Source of the DNA: Candidatus Zhuqueibacterota bacterium
Lineage (GTDB): Bacteria > Zhuqueibacterota > Zhuqueibacteria > Thermofontimicrobiales > Thermofontimicrobiaceae
Reading direction: 5' to 3'
DNA length: 64,000 nt
Assembly (NCBI GenBank): GCA_034506395.1
Contig: JAPDPQ010000001.1
Location: 4,435 to 68,434 of the forward strand
Both the position numbers and the translations under genes were made by a program. The notes beneath the pieces were generated by a model. That model made no database searches, was not told the DNA's origin, and saw only the letters and a program-made list of their open reading frames with translations. Below, piece by piece: positions 27,199 through 38,319 of this stretch (position 1 is its first letter; each line of letters opens with the position of its first letter).

Positions 27199-27636
27199 TT
27201 ATTCGACGTTTGTTTCGGTGGCAAGCTCGACGGGTTCTTCTTCCGCTTCATCCAGCTCTTCGGTTTCGATCAGTTCTTCTAATTCTGGAATTTCTTTTTC
27301 TTCTGGAACCTGTTTTGCCATTTTGATCTGGTCCAAGTAGGTCAGAGCTTTTTTGCTCAAAGTTACCGTGAGATAGCGCAAGATGTTTTCATCCAATCGG
27401 TAATCTCGCTCTAAAATTTTAACCAGATTACTGGGCGCCTCAAAAATGATCTCCACGTAATAGCCATATTGGCGTTTTCTAATCTCATAAGCCAATCGCC
27501 GCTTTTCCCAACGATCTACATTGAGCACTTTACCACCATTGTTATTGATGATCCTGAGGATCTTTTCAATAGTGGCTTCGATCTCTTCGCTCTTTAAAAG
27601 TGAATCAATAACGACAACAGTTTGATAGGTTCTCAA
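27199..27636 (-). CDS. rpsF: 30S ribosomal protein S6
   Basis: [11 protein letters not shown]...[20 protein letters not shown]... with an acidic C-terminus. Confidence 0.85.
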   Translation of the reverse strand: MRTYQTVVVIDSLLKSEEIEATIEKILRIINNNGGKVLNVDRWEKRRLAYEIRKRQYGYYVEIIFEAPSNLVKILERDYRLDENILRYLTVTLSKKALTYLDQIKMAKQVPEEKEIPELEELIETEELDEAEEEPVELATETNVE

Positions 27637-27665
27637 ATCATTTACCTCCTGACTAATTTCCTAAT

Positions 27666-29726
27666 TCAAAATAATGGCGCGATAACTAGGGAAATAATGC
27701 TCATCAATTTTATCAAGATATTGAGGGATGGTCCCGATGTGTCCTTGAACGGATCGCCCACAGTATCTCCGACAACAGCAGCTTTATGGGAAGGAGACCC
27801 TTTGCCGCCAAGCGCACCGCTTTCAATATATTTTTTGGCGTTATCCCATGATCCACCCGCATTGGCCATAAAGATCGCCAACAACACGCCAGAGACAGTA
27901 GTTCCCGCCAGCACTCCTCCCAGCATTTGCGGCTTATTAAGGACCAAGCCGAAGAATACTGGAGTGAGTACAGCTAAGAGCCCTGGGGCGATCATCCGTT
28001 TGATTGCTGCTTTGGTCGCGATGTCTACACAGCGCGCATAATTGGCCTTTGTTTTTCCCTCGAGAAGGCCAGGAATTTCTTTGAACTGACGCCTCACTTC
28101 CTCGATCATATCGAAGGCCGCCCTTCCCACCGCACGTAGCGCGAACGATGAAAACACAAATGGCAGCACTCCACCAATGAACAAACCGGCCATTATCCAT
28201 GGATCATCAATATCCAGGCTCAGGTTATGGCCAATTGCCCGAGCCGCGGTTTCACGGTACGCAGCAAACAACGCCAGGGCCGTCAACGCCGCAGAACCAA
28301 TGGCAAATCCTTTACCGATAGCAGCGGTGGTATTGCCTACCGCATCCAATTTGTCGGTTCGGCTTCTCACCTCCTGAGGCAGTCCCGACATTTCGGCACA
28401 CCCGCCAGCATTATCGGCGATCGGCCCATAAGCATCAATCGCCAATTGGATGCCGGTGATCGAAAGCATGCCCAACGCGGCAATGGCAATTCCATATAGA
28501 CCGGCAAAAACGTAAGACACAATGATCGCAACCGCAATCGCAATGACTGGCAGTGCAGTTGAGAACATGCCATTCGCTAATCCAGCGATAATATTGGTTG
28601 CTGCCCCTGTTTCACTCGCCTTAGCAATCATTCGCGCTGGCCGGCGTGATTCTGCTGTGTAATACTCTGTCAGCAACCCGACAGCAATTCCCGCGATCAA
28701 TCCTGCAACGATCGCACCATACACAGAATGAGCACCAACCATCAAATTTTCGCCAGCCCTCCATTGAACGGGTTCTGGAACAAAAAATCGAATCACGAAA
28801 TAGCTAGCGATAAGCATCAGCAACCCAGCGATCCCCGTCCCAACATTCAATGCGGTTTGTGGGTTCCCCCCCTCTTTGGTCTTCACAAAAAAAGTGCCGA
28901 TGATCGAAACAATAATTCCCATCCCTGCAAGCATCAAAGGCAGTATCACAAAATTGCTATGCCCAGCACCCGCTGCCAAAACCATTGCGCCGATAATGGC
29001 GCCAACATAAGATTCAAACAGATCTGCGCCCATCCCAGCGACATCGCCGACATTGTCTCCGACATTATCAGCAATGGTAGCAGGATTCCGCGGATCATCT
29101 TCAGGAATGCCGGCTTCCACCTTTCCAACCAAGTCCGCACCAACATCAGCCGCCTTGGTGTAAATGCCACCTCCCACGCGGGCAAACAAAGCGATGCTGG
29201 AAGCCCCCATTGCAAATCCCGATAGGATCGTCATCACTCGTGACAAATCAGCATTGGCCTTCAACCCACCATATAAATAGAACAGCAGGGTAATGCCGAT
29301 GATCCCCAGCCCTACAACGCTCATGCCCATTACCGAGCCACCGCTGAAAGCGACTTTAAGCGCTGCATTCAAGCTGGTACGCGCTGCTTGCGTGGTTCGG
29401 TGATTGGCTGAGGTTGCAACCCGCATCCCAAAAAGCCCAGCTAAACCGCTACATAAAGCTCCCACAATGAACGACACCGCTACCAAACTTGTTCCCTGGG
29501 AGGCATTCCCCATTGCCAAAAGGATGGCTACTGCAATCACAAACACAGCCAAGACTTTATATTCTCGGGCCAAGAACGCCATTGCACCCTCGCGCACCGC
29601 TTGTCCAATCGACTGCATTGTCTCATTTCCAGGGTCCTGCCGATTAATCCAGCGTGACTTAATGAAAGCATACAATAATGCCAGCACACCGCTTGCTAAT
29701 CCCAACCAGACCAACTCGCTCCGCAC
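27666..29726 (-). CDS. hppA: Membrane-bound H+/Na+-translocating pyrophosphatase
   Basis: 686-aa polytopic protein with conserved pyrophosphatase motifs ([68 protein letters not shown]). Confidence 0.9.
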   Translation of the reverse strand: MRSELVWLGLASGVLALLYAFIKSRWINRQDPGNETMQSIGQAVREGAMAFLAREYKVLAVFVIAVAILLAMGNASQGTSLVAVSFIVGALCSGLAGLFGMRVATSANHRTTQAARTSLNAALKVAFSGGSVMGMSVVGLGIIGITLLFYLYGGLKANADLSRVMTILSGFAMGASSIALFARVGGGIYTKAADVGADLVGKVEAGIPEDDPRNPATIADNVGDNVGDVAGMGADLFESYVGAIIGAMVLAAGAGHSNFVILPLMLAGMGIIVSIIGTFFVKTKEGGNPQTALNVGTGIAGLLMLIASYFVIRFFVPEPVQWRAGENLMVGAHSVYGAIVAGLIAGIAVGLLTEYYTAESRRPARMIAKASETGAATNIIAGLANGMFSTALPVIAIAVAIIVSYVFAGLYGIAIAALGMLSITGIQLAIDAYGPIADNAGGCAEMSGLPQEVRSRTDKLDAVGNTTAAIGKGFAIGSAALTALALFAAYRETAARAIGHNLSLDIDDPWIMAGLFIGGVLPFVFSSFALRAVGRAAFDMIEEVRRQFKEIPGLLEGKTKANYARCVDIATKAAIKRMIAPGLLAVLTPVFFGLVLNKPQMLGGVLAGTTVSGVLLAIFMANAGGSWDNAKKYIESGALGGKGSPSHKAAVVGDTVGDPFKDTSGPSLNILIKLMSIISLVIAPLF

Positions 29727-29842
29727 GCTTCATCCTCCTCATAAAATTTAAACCTTACCCGATTGTGATCTTATCAGTATCATAATTCATAACAGGCCTT
29801 TGATGCGATGCGCACCATCACCATATTAAAGCCAGGATTTTA

Positions 29843-30472
29843 TTACTCCTCTTTTTTCTCAGTCACTGGTGCTTTCTCAGCTTCAGCAGCAGCTTCTACC
29901 ACCTCTGGTTTCACTTCTTTTTCAACGGTTGGCGGTAATACGTTCACGATAGGCTGATCTAAGTCACCAACGATTGTGGCTTTTTCAATTGACAAAGAAC
30001 GCGCGGTAATCGTATCACCGATATTCAGCTTCGTCACATCGATCTCAATCCGATCAGGAATATCCAATGGCAAACACTCAACTTCGAGTTCCCGGAGATA
30101 TTGATGCAAAATTCCACCTTGCTGTTTCACCCCTATCGCTTCTCCGACCAGAACGATGGGCACATTGATAGTGATCTTTTCTTCGAGACTGACGCCTTGT
30201 ACATCGATATGAACAAGCGTTTGTTTGACTGGATCCACTTGAACATCTTTTATGATGGCTTTTTGTTTGCGTTTCTTGCCAAGTTGAAAATCAATTAAAC
30301 CGGATTCAGAACCTAAAATCTTTAACGTTTCTCTTTGATCGAGTGCTATCGGAATTGCTTTTTCGCCATGACTGTAAAAAATCCCAGGGATTTTCCCTTC
30401 TCTGCGCAATTTTTTAGCAAATCCCTTACCAGTTTTTTCACGGGGTTGAGCTTGCAATAAAAGTTCAGACAT
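29843..30472 (-). CDS. rplY: 50S ribosomal protein L25/general stress protein Ctc
   Basis: ...REKTGKGFAKKLRREGKIPGIFYSHGEK... plus a C-terminal Ctc-type extension. Confidence 0.85.
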   Translation of the reverse strand: MSELLLQAQPREKTGKGFAKKLRREGKIPGIFYSHGEKAIPIALDQRETLKILGSESGLIDFQLGKKRKQKAIIKDVQVDPVKQTLVHIDVQGVSLEEKITINVPIVLVGEAIGVKQQGGILHQYLRELEVECLPLDIPDRIEIDVTKLNIGDTITARSLSIEKATIVGDLDQPIVNVLPPTVEKEVKPEVVEAAAEAEKAPVTEKKEE

Positions 30473-30502
30473 TCTCGTTCTCCATTCAATTCCTAAAATT
30501 TA

Positions 30503-31438
30503 TCAATCAAATAAAATACTAATGGATTCCTCATTATGAATTCGCTGGATGGCATTCCCGAATAAATTCGCCACCGATATTACTTTTAATTTATCGAACA
30601 TCTTTTTTTCATCCAACGGGATCGTATCAGTAACAACGATTTCAGAAAAAAAGGAATTTTTCAATTTTTCTGGCGCATTCCCAGACAAGATAGCATGGGT
30701 ACACCCGGCATAAGCACCTTTTGCCCCCTCCAAAAACGCTGCCTCAGCCGCTTGCAGCATTGTCCCTCCGGTATCGACAATATCGTCGATAATAAGGATG
30801 TTTTTATCCTTCACTGAACCAATGATACTCATGACCTCCGCTTGGTTTGGCTTTGGTCGGCGTTTGTCCGCAATCGCAAGGGGAATATGAAGTCGTTTCG
30901 CATAAGCCCGGGCAAATTTGACGCCGCCAATATCGGGAGATAGCACCACCAAATCCTCTATCCCACGTTTCAAATAATAGTCGACCAAAATCGGTGCCGA
31001 ATATAAATGATCCAGTGGGATATCAAAAAAACCTTGAATTTGGGCAGCATGAAGATCCATGGTCAAAACGCGATCTGCCCCAGCAGTGGTGATCAGATTT
31101 GCCACCAATTTCGCGGTGATCGCCACGCGCGGCTGATCTTTTCGATCTTGCCGGGCATATCCATAATATGGAATGACAGCGGTGATCCTTTTAGCCGAAG
31201 AACGACGCGCTGCATCGATCATGATAAGCAATTCCATCAAATTGCTAGATGGCGCATTGGTTGACTGAACGATGAAAACATCACAACCACGGATATTCTC
31301 ATTATACTTCACCCAAATTTCACCATCGCTAAAGTATTGGATGCTGGAATCCCCTAGCGGGATACCCAAGTAATCGACAATCTTCTTGGCCAATTGCTTT
31401 CCATTCGTTCCAGCGAATACCTTCAAAGAATTGCTCAT
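30503..31438 (-). CDS. prs: Ribose-phosphate pyrophosphokinase (PRPP synthetase)
   Basis: ...VFAGTNGKQLAKKIVDYLG...FSDGEIWVKYNENIRGCDVFIVQST...ITAVIPYYGYARQDRK...DLHA.QIQGFFDIP. Start taken at MSNSLK; the longer track ORF would overlap the tRNA. Confidence 0.9.
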   Translation of the reverse strand: MSNSLKVFAGTNGKQLAKKIVDYLGIPLGDSSIQYFSDGEIWVKYNENIRGCDVFIVQSTNAPSSNLMELLIMIDAARRSSAKRITAVIPYYGYARQDRKDQPRVAITAKLVANLITTAGADRVLTMDLHAAQIQGFFDIPLDHLYSAPILVDYYLKRGIEDLVVLSPDIGGVKFARAYAKRLHIPLAIADKRRPKPNQAEVMSIIGSVKDKNILIIDDIVDTGGTMLQAAEAAFLEGAKGAYAGCTHAILSGNAPEKLKNSFFSEIVVTDTIPLDEKKMFDKLKVISVANLFGNAIQRIHNEESISILFD

Positions 31439-31615
31439 CAATTCAAGGTCCTTAGATAAAAAATGACGAGAAAACTTATGGAGCCAGCACCAAAACGATC
31501 TCAGGGGAACATAAAGTTTCCGTTTGACAGGTTGGGACATCACCCGTGATGTCGGCTCCAATACCGCTTTTCGTCATTCACCATACAATAAAGAGCTATC
31601 ACAATCAAAAACAAG

Positions 31616-31686
31616 CTGGGGCGGGAGGATTCGAACCCCCGATACAGGGACCAAAACCCTGTGCCTTGCCGCTTGGCCACGCCCCA
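31616..31686 (-). tRNA. tRNA-Gln (anticodon UUG)
   Basis: Minus-strand cloverleaf read by hand: acceptor UGGGGCG/CGCCCCA, a short D-arm (GCC AAGCGGCAA GGC) typical of tRNA-Gln, anticodon stem CAGGG/CCCUG with loop UUUUGGU (anticodon UUG), T-arm GGGGG UUCGAAU CCUCC, discriminator G. Closely resembles E. coli tRNA-Gln1. CCA is not encoded. Confidence 0.85.
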
Positions 31687-31707
31687 GTGTTGGACAATTC
31701 TAACATA

Positions 31708-32007
31708 TTAATACAGCTCATCCTCAGAGGTGGACTCTTCGACTGGAGCTCCTGATTGCAATTTTCGATTGTACTCTTCAAGGATGACTTTTTCAATCAA
31801 CTGACGAAACTCGTTGTTGATTGGATGGGCAATATCTCGAAAGGAACCATCAGACATTCTTCGACTGGGCATACTGACAAAATAGCCGTTTGCCCCTTTT
31901 ATGACTTTCATTCCGCGGACAACAAACTGATTATCAAACGTTACATTAACAAAAGCTTTCAGCTTTTCTTCGTTGCGTAGGGTAACGTTGACTTCTGTTA
32001 TTTCCAT
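31708..32007 (-). CDS. spoVG: Septation protein SpoVG
   Basis: MEITEVNVTLRNEEKLKAFVNVTFDNQFVVRGMKVIKGANGYFVSMPSRR.SDGSFRDIAHPIN.EFR; start at internal Met. Confidence 0.85.
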   Translation of the reverse strand: MEITEVNVTLRNEEKLKAFVNVTFDNQFVVRGMKVIKGANGYFVSMPSRRMSDGSFRDIAHPINNEFRQLIEKVILEEYNRKLQSGAPVEESTSEDELY

Positions 32008-32200
32008 TCCTCTCTCCTGCAATACTAATAAAATCTAAAAATGGCTGCTTGCTTTGTTTTGGCTTCTTGTTGTCTACTCTATTGGAGCATGTTCCTATCA
32101 TATTGCCCTTGGTTGCAGTTCCAATAACATTTGATAACAGAAAAAATTTGTCCCGTCTAATTATTTGTCCCCTACTCGTCTCCACTCCCGAAATCTCAAA

Positions 32201-33082
32201 CTACAGATGGGTCGTTGTTATCATTGGCATTGCAACGATAATTTGGTAGGGCATAAATCCTGACCTCTCCACCGCCACCGCATCTGTATAATTATCAAAC
32301 AATCCATAAATGGTTGATCCACTGCCCGACATACTAGCGAAAAATGCGCCTCGATCATATAGCATTTGTTTGATCTCGCCAAGCAATGGATAGCGCCGAA
32401 GAACCACCTCCTCTAAATCATTTCGAACGACCTTTCTTAGATCAGAAATTGTCATACCCTTGAAAAATAAGTAGGATAATTTAATACTTTTTTTTGTCTT
32501 TGTCAAGCTAAAATTATAATTACTAAATGCCCATCTTGAAGAAATTTCAATATTTGGATATACGAGAACACAAAAAAAATTAAATGGTAATTCAATCGGT
32601 CGAATTTGATCCCCGATCCCTGTGCCTAATGCTGTACCACCATACAAGAAAAACGGCACATCCGCACCCAGCTCTTTAGCCAGTTCATGGAATCGATCGA
32701 GCGATAAATCCAATCGCCAAAGGCGAGATAAGCCCCTTAAGACTGCCGCCGCGTCACTGCTTCCACCCCCTAATCCTGCTGCTAATGGAATGTGCTTATA
32801 AAGCCGAATCAAGACACCGTCATTCCGACCACTATGCTGGCGAATTAATTTTGCTGCCTGAACGCAGAGGTTCGATTCGCCCAAAGGCAGCCTTGCATCA
32901 TTACTCCACAATTCGATCCCATGATGATCCGTTTTTTGGATTATTATCTCGTCATAAAGATCAATTTGTTGGAAAATCGTTTCAATCTCGTGATAGCCAT
33001 CGGAACGTCTGCCTAAAATTTGGAGCCCAATATTGATTTTCGCATAAGCTCTCTCGTAACATTCCTCCATAATGGCGATCAC
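32201..33082 (-). CDS. ispE: 4-diphosphocytidyl-2-C-methyl-D-erythritol kinase
   Basis: GHMP-kinase motifs (AYAKINIGLQILGRRSDGYHEIETIF; PLAAGLGGGSSDAAAVLRGL). Confidence 0.8.
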   Translation of the reverse strand: MIAIMEECYERAYAKINIGLQILGRRSDGYHEIETIFQQIDLYDEIIIQKTDHHGIELWSNDARLPLGESNLCVQAAKLIRQHSGRNDGVLIRLYKHIPLAAGLGGGSSDAAAVLRGLSRLWRLDLSLDRFHELAKELGADVPFFLYGGTALGTGIGDQIRPIELPFNFFCVLVYPNIEISSRWAFSNYNFSLTKTKKSIKLSYLFFKGMTISDLRKVVRNDLEEVVLRRYPLLGEIKQMLYDRGAFFASMSGSGSTIYGLFDNYTDAVAVERSGFMPYQIIVAMPMITTTHL

Positions 33083-33301
33083 TATTATTCAATGTCACTA
33101 ATTTGTCAGAATAAGCTGTTACCCGAAAGCTATAAACAAGCATCTTCGCTGATAATAAACAAAAACTCCATTAAGATGGAGCTCACATTCGTTATGCAAT
33201 TCATTTCGAACGATCTTTTTATTCGGTCAAAAATTAAGAATTTTTTTTGAATTTGTCAACATTTATTTCTCTCTCCGTACATTTATCTTGCAATCGTTGC
33301 T

Positions 33302-34078
33302 TTGTTTTTGTATCTTATCACACCAATGAATGAAACTGGGGTGGAGCTGGAGATGGAAAAGATATTTTTTATTTCGGATCTTCACATCGGTGCTGGTACC
33401 AGAAGCGAAGAAGAACTTAGGCTGAAGCGACTCTTTTCATTTTTTCATCATATCAATCAACCTGGCAATCAGCTTTTCATAGTTGGAGATCTGTTCGATT
33501 TCTGGTTTGAATATCGGCATGTGATCCCAAACCAATATTTCAATGTCCTTTATCGCATTCATCAGCTTATCGAGAGCCAGGTGACGGTTCATTTCCTCCC
33601 AGGAAATCATGATAGCTGGATTAAAGATTTCTTTGCCAAACATGTCAAAATGCGGGTTCACCCAGAAATGGCCGAGCTTGTAATCCAATCGAAAAAATTG
33701 TTATTGTTTCATGGGGATGGTATTTCCAAAAAGGATGTGGGGTATCGAATTCTAAAAAAGATCTTTCGCAATCCAGTAAACATATTTTTATATCGGTTGG
33801 TTCATCCTGATATTGGGATCCCGCTGGCAAAGCTAATGTCCCAGGGGAGTAGAAAGCATACCGCTGGGAAAATCCTTAATGATGAAGAAGACTACTGGAA
33901 CTTCGCCATGGAGAAATTTCAATTGGGTTTCGATTATGTGATCGTCGGTCATTCTCATAACCCATTATTCAGGAAATTCGGAGACCAAGCGTTTTTAAAT
34001 TTGGGGGACTGGATCAATCATTTTAGTTATGGGGAATTACATCGCGGTGAGTTAACTTTGCGCTATTGGAACAGTTGA
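33302..34078 (+). CDS. Calcineurin-like metallophosphoesterase, LpxH-like (UDP-2,3-diacylglucosamine diphosphatase candidate)
   Basis: Phosphoesterase motifs ISDLHIG, GDLFDFW, GNHDSW, GH.H; the start may be the internal Met at about 33353. Confidence 0.6.
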   Translation: MFLYLITPMNETGVELEMEKIFFISDLHIGAGTRSEEELRLKRLFSFFHHINQPGNQLFIVGDLFDFWFEYRHVIPNQYFNVLYRIHQLIESQVTVHFLPGNHDSWIKDFFAKHVKMRVHPEMAELVIQSKKLLLFHGDGISKKDVGYRILKKIFRNPVNIFLYRLVHPDIGIPLAKLMSQGSRKHTAGKILNDEEDYWNFAMEKFQLGFDYVIVGHSHNPLFRKFGDQAFLNLGDWINHFSYGELHRGELTLRYWNS

Positions 34079-34266
34079 TTTTTCCTTGTCGTTTAATTCA
34101 TGAATTTTGAGCATGCAAGGGAATAAATTTTCGCTGATTATAGCGAAACTTCAAATGAGAACATTTTTTTCTGGATTACCACTTCTGCCCGAGTGCCTTG
34201 ATTGGGCTTGTTAGGCTCGTGATAGATTCACTAGGCTCTTAAAGCGAAAGCACTGTTGAGGAGCAA

Positions 34267-36471
34267 ATGCGGAGATATAGACGAATTATGGAATTAAACA
34301 ATTCTTCAAGTCCATCACAACAATTCTCCACACTAAACTTTCAAAGCTGGAAAGTCAGGATTGCAATCATATTCGGACTGTTGATATTGTTTCTTATTAT
34401 TTATATCGCGATTTTGAGTCAGGACCTACCTTCGTTAAGTCAATTGGAGAACTACGATCCTGAGCTGGCGACCAAGCTTTACTCTCGGGATGGGGTGGTG
34501 ATTAAAGAGCTCTTTACCAAAAAGCGGATCTTCATCCCGTTGGAGCAAATTCCGGACAACATGATTAAAGCAGTGTTGGCCACAGAGGACCGCATTTTTT
34601 ACAAGCATTGGGGCATCAATGTAAAACGCTTTACTTACGTGATGTTGGTCAATCTCATTCATTTTCGTTATCAACAGGGAGCAAGCACCATTACCCAGCA
34701 ATTGGCCCGACAATTATATTTGAATTTGGAAAAGAAAATCTCGCGCAAGATCAAAGAGTGGATCACGGCCATCCAGATTGAACGGACCTATACGAAGAAT
34801 GAAATCTTGGAGATGTACCTGAACCAGATGAATTTTGGTCAGGGCAATTATGGGGTGCAAGCTGCAGCATTGGATTTCTTCGGGAAGAACGCACGAGATT
34901 TGACGCTCGAGGAATGTGCTTTGTTGGCTGGATTATTGCAGCGACCTGCCTCATACTACCCCTACCGCTATCCAGAGCGCGCCATGCAGCGGAGAAACGT
35001 GGTGTTGCATAATATGTTGGAGCAAAAATACATTACTCGGGAACAGTATGAGCAGGCTAAAGCCCAGCCGCTTCGATTGAAGCCTTATGATCCAAAGGCG
35101 ATCTACGGGATCGCTCCATATTTCACTGAATATGTACGCCAGCAACTGCAGGATCGTTATAGCATGGACCTTTATAAAGGGGGCTATTCAGTATATACTA
35201 CGTTAGATACCAGAGTGCAAGCAGCAGCCGAGCGGGCGATGCAAAACCAGCTCCACCAATTGCAGAAAAAATTTAACAAACGGCTCATTTCCAGCAATCG
35301 ATTTAAAAAATTGATTCCAGAAGAGGTTTTAGCCGAAATTCCTCTTGAGCGGCTTAAGAGCAATGAACGACTACTGGACTCGCTTTTAACAGAATATGTG
35401 CCAATTCAAGCGGCGCTGATCGCCCTTGATCCGCGGGATGGACAGATCTTAGCAATGATCGGAGGACGAGACTTTGAAAAATACAAGTTCAATCGTGCCC
35501 TTCAAGCAAAAAGGCAGCCAGGATCAACTTTTAAACCGATTGTTTACACGGCTGCGATTGATAATGGATATCCGCCATGTTACGAACTTTTGAACCAGCC
35601 AGTGGTGCTATATCTTCCAAACGGTGATCGATGGGCACCACGCAATTATGACAATTCCCAGGGCGGGCCAACTACGTTGCGTGAAGCCTTACGACGTTCG
35701 CTAAATCTGGTGACCGCTCGACTGGTCCAAGAACTTGTTCCACCGAAAACGGTAGCTGATTATGCAGAAAAATTGGGCATTACCACCCCTGTTCCGCCCT
35801 ATGAGGCCGTTGCCCTTGGCTCGGCGGATGTAATTCTGGCCGAAATGACAGCTGCCTTTGGCGTTTTTGCCAATCAGGGAATTCTCACCAAACCCTTTGG
35901 CGTCTTGAGAGTCGAGGATAAATACGGCAATAAATTGGAAGAAAATAAGCCCGAAATCAAAGAGGTGCTTCGTAAGGAAACAGCCTATATCATGGCGGAT
36001 ATGCTCAGAACCGTTGTGGATCATGGCACTGGGGTCGCAGCCCGGACGACCTTTCATTTCTATCGACCCGCAGGTGGTAAAACTGGGACAACGAATGGTT
36101 TCACCGATGCGTGGTTCATTGGCTTTACCCCACAAATCGTTGCTGGAGTTTGGGTCGGCTTCGATGACCCAGCGCTGTCCCTCGGAGAAGGACAAGCTGG
36201 CGCTGTCGTTGCGCTGCCGATCTGGGCGCCGTTCATGAAAACCGCCCACGATACCCTCGAGCTCCCAGTACTCGATTTCGAAATGCCCCCTGGGGTGGTC
36301 CGTTTGGAAATCTGCAAAGAAACAAAAAAATTGGCGTCCGAATATTGTCCTGAAATCATCTCCGAGCTATTCGAAACCCGGTTTGCCCCGACCGAGCATT
36401 GCGATGTTCATACGGGATTCCATGACAGGAAAAAATCCCAGGAAAACATCCGCAAACGCATTCGCTTCTGA
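34267..36471 (+). CDS. Class A penicillin-binding protein (transglycosylase/transpeptidase, PBP1A-type)
   Basis: N-terminal transmembrane anchor, GT51 motifs (ATEDRIFYKHWGI, TITQQLAR), transpeptidase motifs (STFKP, SLN, KTGT). Confidence 0.9.
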   Translation: MRRYRRIMELNNSSSPSQQFSTLNFQSWKVRIAIIFGLLILFLIIYIAILSQDLPSLSQLENYDPELATKLYSRDGVVIKELFTKKRIFIPLEQIPDNMIKAVLATEDRIFYKHWGINVKRFTYVMLVNLIHFRYQQGASTITQQLARQLYLNLEKKISRKIKEWITAIQIERTYTKNEILEMYLNQMNFGQGNYGVQAAALDFFGKNARDLTLEECALLAGLLQRPASYYPYRYPERAMQRRNVVLHNMLEQKYITREQYEQAKAQPLRLKPYDPKAIYGIAPYFTEYVRQQLQDRYSMDLYKGGYSVYTTLDTRVQAAAERAMQNQLHQLQKKFNKRLISSNRFKKLIPEEVLAEIPLERLKSNERLLDSLLTEYVPIQAALIALDPRDGQILAMIGGRDFEKYKFNRALQAKRQPGSTFKPIVYTAAIDNGYPPCYELLNQPVVLYLPNGDRWAPRNYDNSQGGPTTLREALRRSLNLVTARLVQELVPPKTVADYAEKLGITTPVPPYEAVALGSADVILAEMTAAFGVFANQGILTKPFGVLRVEDKYGNKLEENKPEIKEVLRKETAYIMADMLRTVVDHGTGVAARTTFHFYRPAGGKTGTTNGFTDAWFIGFTPQIVAGVWVGFDDPALSLGEGQAGAVVALPIWAPFMKTAHDTLELPVLDFEMPPGVVRLEICKETKKLASEYCPEIISELFETRFAPTEHCDVHTGFHDRKKSQENIRKRIRF

Positions 36472-36933
36472 GGCCCAAGGCCTTTGGGAGACATTGCGGT
36501 TATATGGCCATTAATGTTTTCTAGGTCAAACAATCAGTGATTTGCAATGAATTGCGCCCGCTCCACCCCTTCGACCAGCACATTGACTCCGTCCTAGCTT
36601 GCGCAACTCATTCGGATCGCGTGAATTATTTGTAGGTCAGAAGTAGCAATCCTTTATTTATGAAGAGGGATGGAATAGTTTTATCCGCCTCACCTTCGAA
36701 TTGCAAAGCTCTCGAATTTATTGATACAAAAAATCTCTCGGGAAAACTATTTTATGATTCTTCATCCCTAACTTGTAGAGCTCTGCAAATTGAGCAAATT
36801 GCCTATAAGCAAATGTCCCTCTGCTGACGCATGACTCGCATTTATTTAAACACCCAATAAGTTAGCAGATCCCTACCTCTCCAGGGATGATATCGATATT
36901 GCGATATTTTTGAGCTATGAAGGCAATCGCAGG

Positions 36934-38229
36934 TTAGTGAATGGAGCCCAATATCAATCTTGGGACCTGACATGGTGCTTCATCAATTTCAATTGCCGAT
37001 CGTAAAGCGTGTTCAATTTGCTCAGCATTCATCACTTTTGAGTGATAGATTTCAGCCAAAGGCTCACCGCGTTCCACGCGATCACCGACTTTATGGCACA
37101 AAACGATCCCCGCGGTGGGATCAATGGGATCTCCAATTTTTGCCCGACCAGCGCCGAGTTCCATGGACAACAAGCCGATCTTCAGCGCATTTATCTCGTG
37201 AACATAACCTGATTTGGTGCTGAGCACGGTTTCATGATATTGGCTGAAGGGATATCGAGCAGGATTTTCAACGACTGAAATATCACCTCCCTGGGCAGTT
37301 ACCATCTCAATAAATTTATTATAGGCAGCTCCATTGGCTAATAAAAATTGCAATTGATCAGAATGATGAATTGGCTTTCCCGCCAATCGCAGCATCTCTG
37401 CCGTGAGCGCCAAAGTAATTTCAACTAAGTCATTTGGGCCACCACCATGCAATGTATCAATTGCTTCTTTAACCTCCAGCCAATTCCCAACCGCATAACC
37501 TAAAGGCTGATCCATGGCCGTCATCATGGCCGTAGTGGGCAGGCCGAAGCTTTTTGCAATCGAGATGAATGTCTCGGCTAATTGGTTCGCTCGGTCAAAT
37601 GAGCTAAAAAATGCTCCACGACCAGTTTTAACATCCAACACCAGGGCCTTTGCACCTTCTGCGATCTTTTTGCTCAATATGCTGGCAACAACTAAAGGGA
37701 TCGATGGCACAGTTCCTGTGCGATCGCGTAACGCATAAATCTTTTTGTCCGCCGGGACAATCTCATCGGTTTGCCCAATCATGGCAAGGCCGATTTTTTC
37801 AACTTGTTGAACGAACTCTGTCAAGCTCAACTGGGTTCGAAAGCCGGGGATCGATTCTAATTTGTCCAATGTCCCACCAGAATGGCCCAATCCACGACCA
37901 GACATCATGGGAACTGCTACCCCTGCCGCGGCGGCCAATGGGGCCAAGACCAATGACACCTTATCACCGACCCCTCCAGTGCTGTGCTTATCGACAGGCA
38001 TCCGATCTAAATGGCTGAAGTCTACCGTCCGGCCCGATTGAACCATGAGCTTGGTCAATGCTTGAGTCTCTTCTATGCTCATGCCCTGAAAATAAATGGC
38101 CATCAATAAAGCGGCCATTTGGTAGTCTGGGACCAAACCAGCGACATAGCCATCGATTATTGATTTCAACTCTGCCTCTGAAAGGTGAGATCCGTCTCGC
38201 TTTTTCACAATCAATTGTTCAATATTCAT
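36934..38229 (-). CDS. Thymidine/pyrimidine-nucleoside phosphorylase
   Basis: MNIEQLIVKKRDG..LS..ELK.II.GY..G...DYQMAALLMAIYF.GM...E..ALT.LM..SG...D...VDKHSTGGVGDKVSL; C-terminal domain ...LGAGR..IGD.IDP.AGI.L.KVGD.V..GEPLA.I.. Start taken at internal MNIEQ. Confidence 0.9.
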   Translation of the reverse strand: MNIEQLIVKKRDGSHLSEAELKSIIDGYVAGLVPDYQMAALLMAIYFQGMSIEETQALTKLMVQSGRTVDFSHLDRMPVDKHSTGGVGDKVSLVLAPLAAAAGVAVPMMSGRGLGHSGGTLDKLESIPGFRTQLSLTEFVQQVEKIGLAMIGQTDEIVPADKKIYALRDRTGTVPSIPLVVASILSKKIAEGAKALVLDVKTGRGAFFSSFDRANQLAETFISIAKSFGLPTTAMMTAMDQPLGYAVGNWLEVKEAIDTLHGGGPNDLVEITLALTAEMLRLAGKPIHHSDQLQFLLANGAAYNKFIEMVTAQGGDISVVENPARYPFSQYHETVLSTKSGYVHEINALKIGLLSMELGAGRAKIGDPIDPTAGIVLCHKVGDRVERGEPLAEIYHSKVMNAEQIEHALRSAIEIDEAPCQVPRLILGSIH

Positions 38230-38319
38230 CGTTCCTCTTCCTTTTTCCAAAAAACAAAGAAGCAATCAAACAACGATTGCTTCTTTAATTTTGTTTTCAT
38301 TCTATAGCTCTATTTCGTG

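Noticed and set aside
31546-31561. Upstream extension of prs to TTG 31561, as listed in the ORF track
   Set aside because: The extension overlaps the tRNA-Gln gene and adds non-conserved residues; the conserved PRPP-synthetase N-terminus begins at the internal Met at about 31438.
31600-31700. tRNA-Gln considered as a possible integration hotspot for a genomic island
   Set aside because: No integrase, transposase or direct repeat of the tRNA 3' end nearby; the flanking genes (prs, ctc, spoVG, ispE) form a conserved housekeeping neighbourhood.
36471-36492. Imperfect palindrome GGCCCAAGGCCTTTGGG after the PBP1A stop, considered as a terminator
   Set aside because: The stem is imperfect and not followed by a T-tract; left unannotated.
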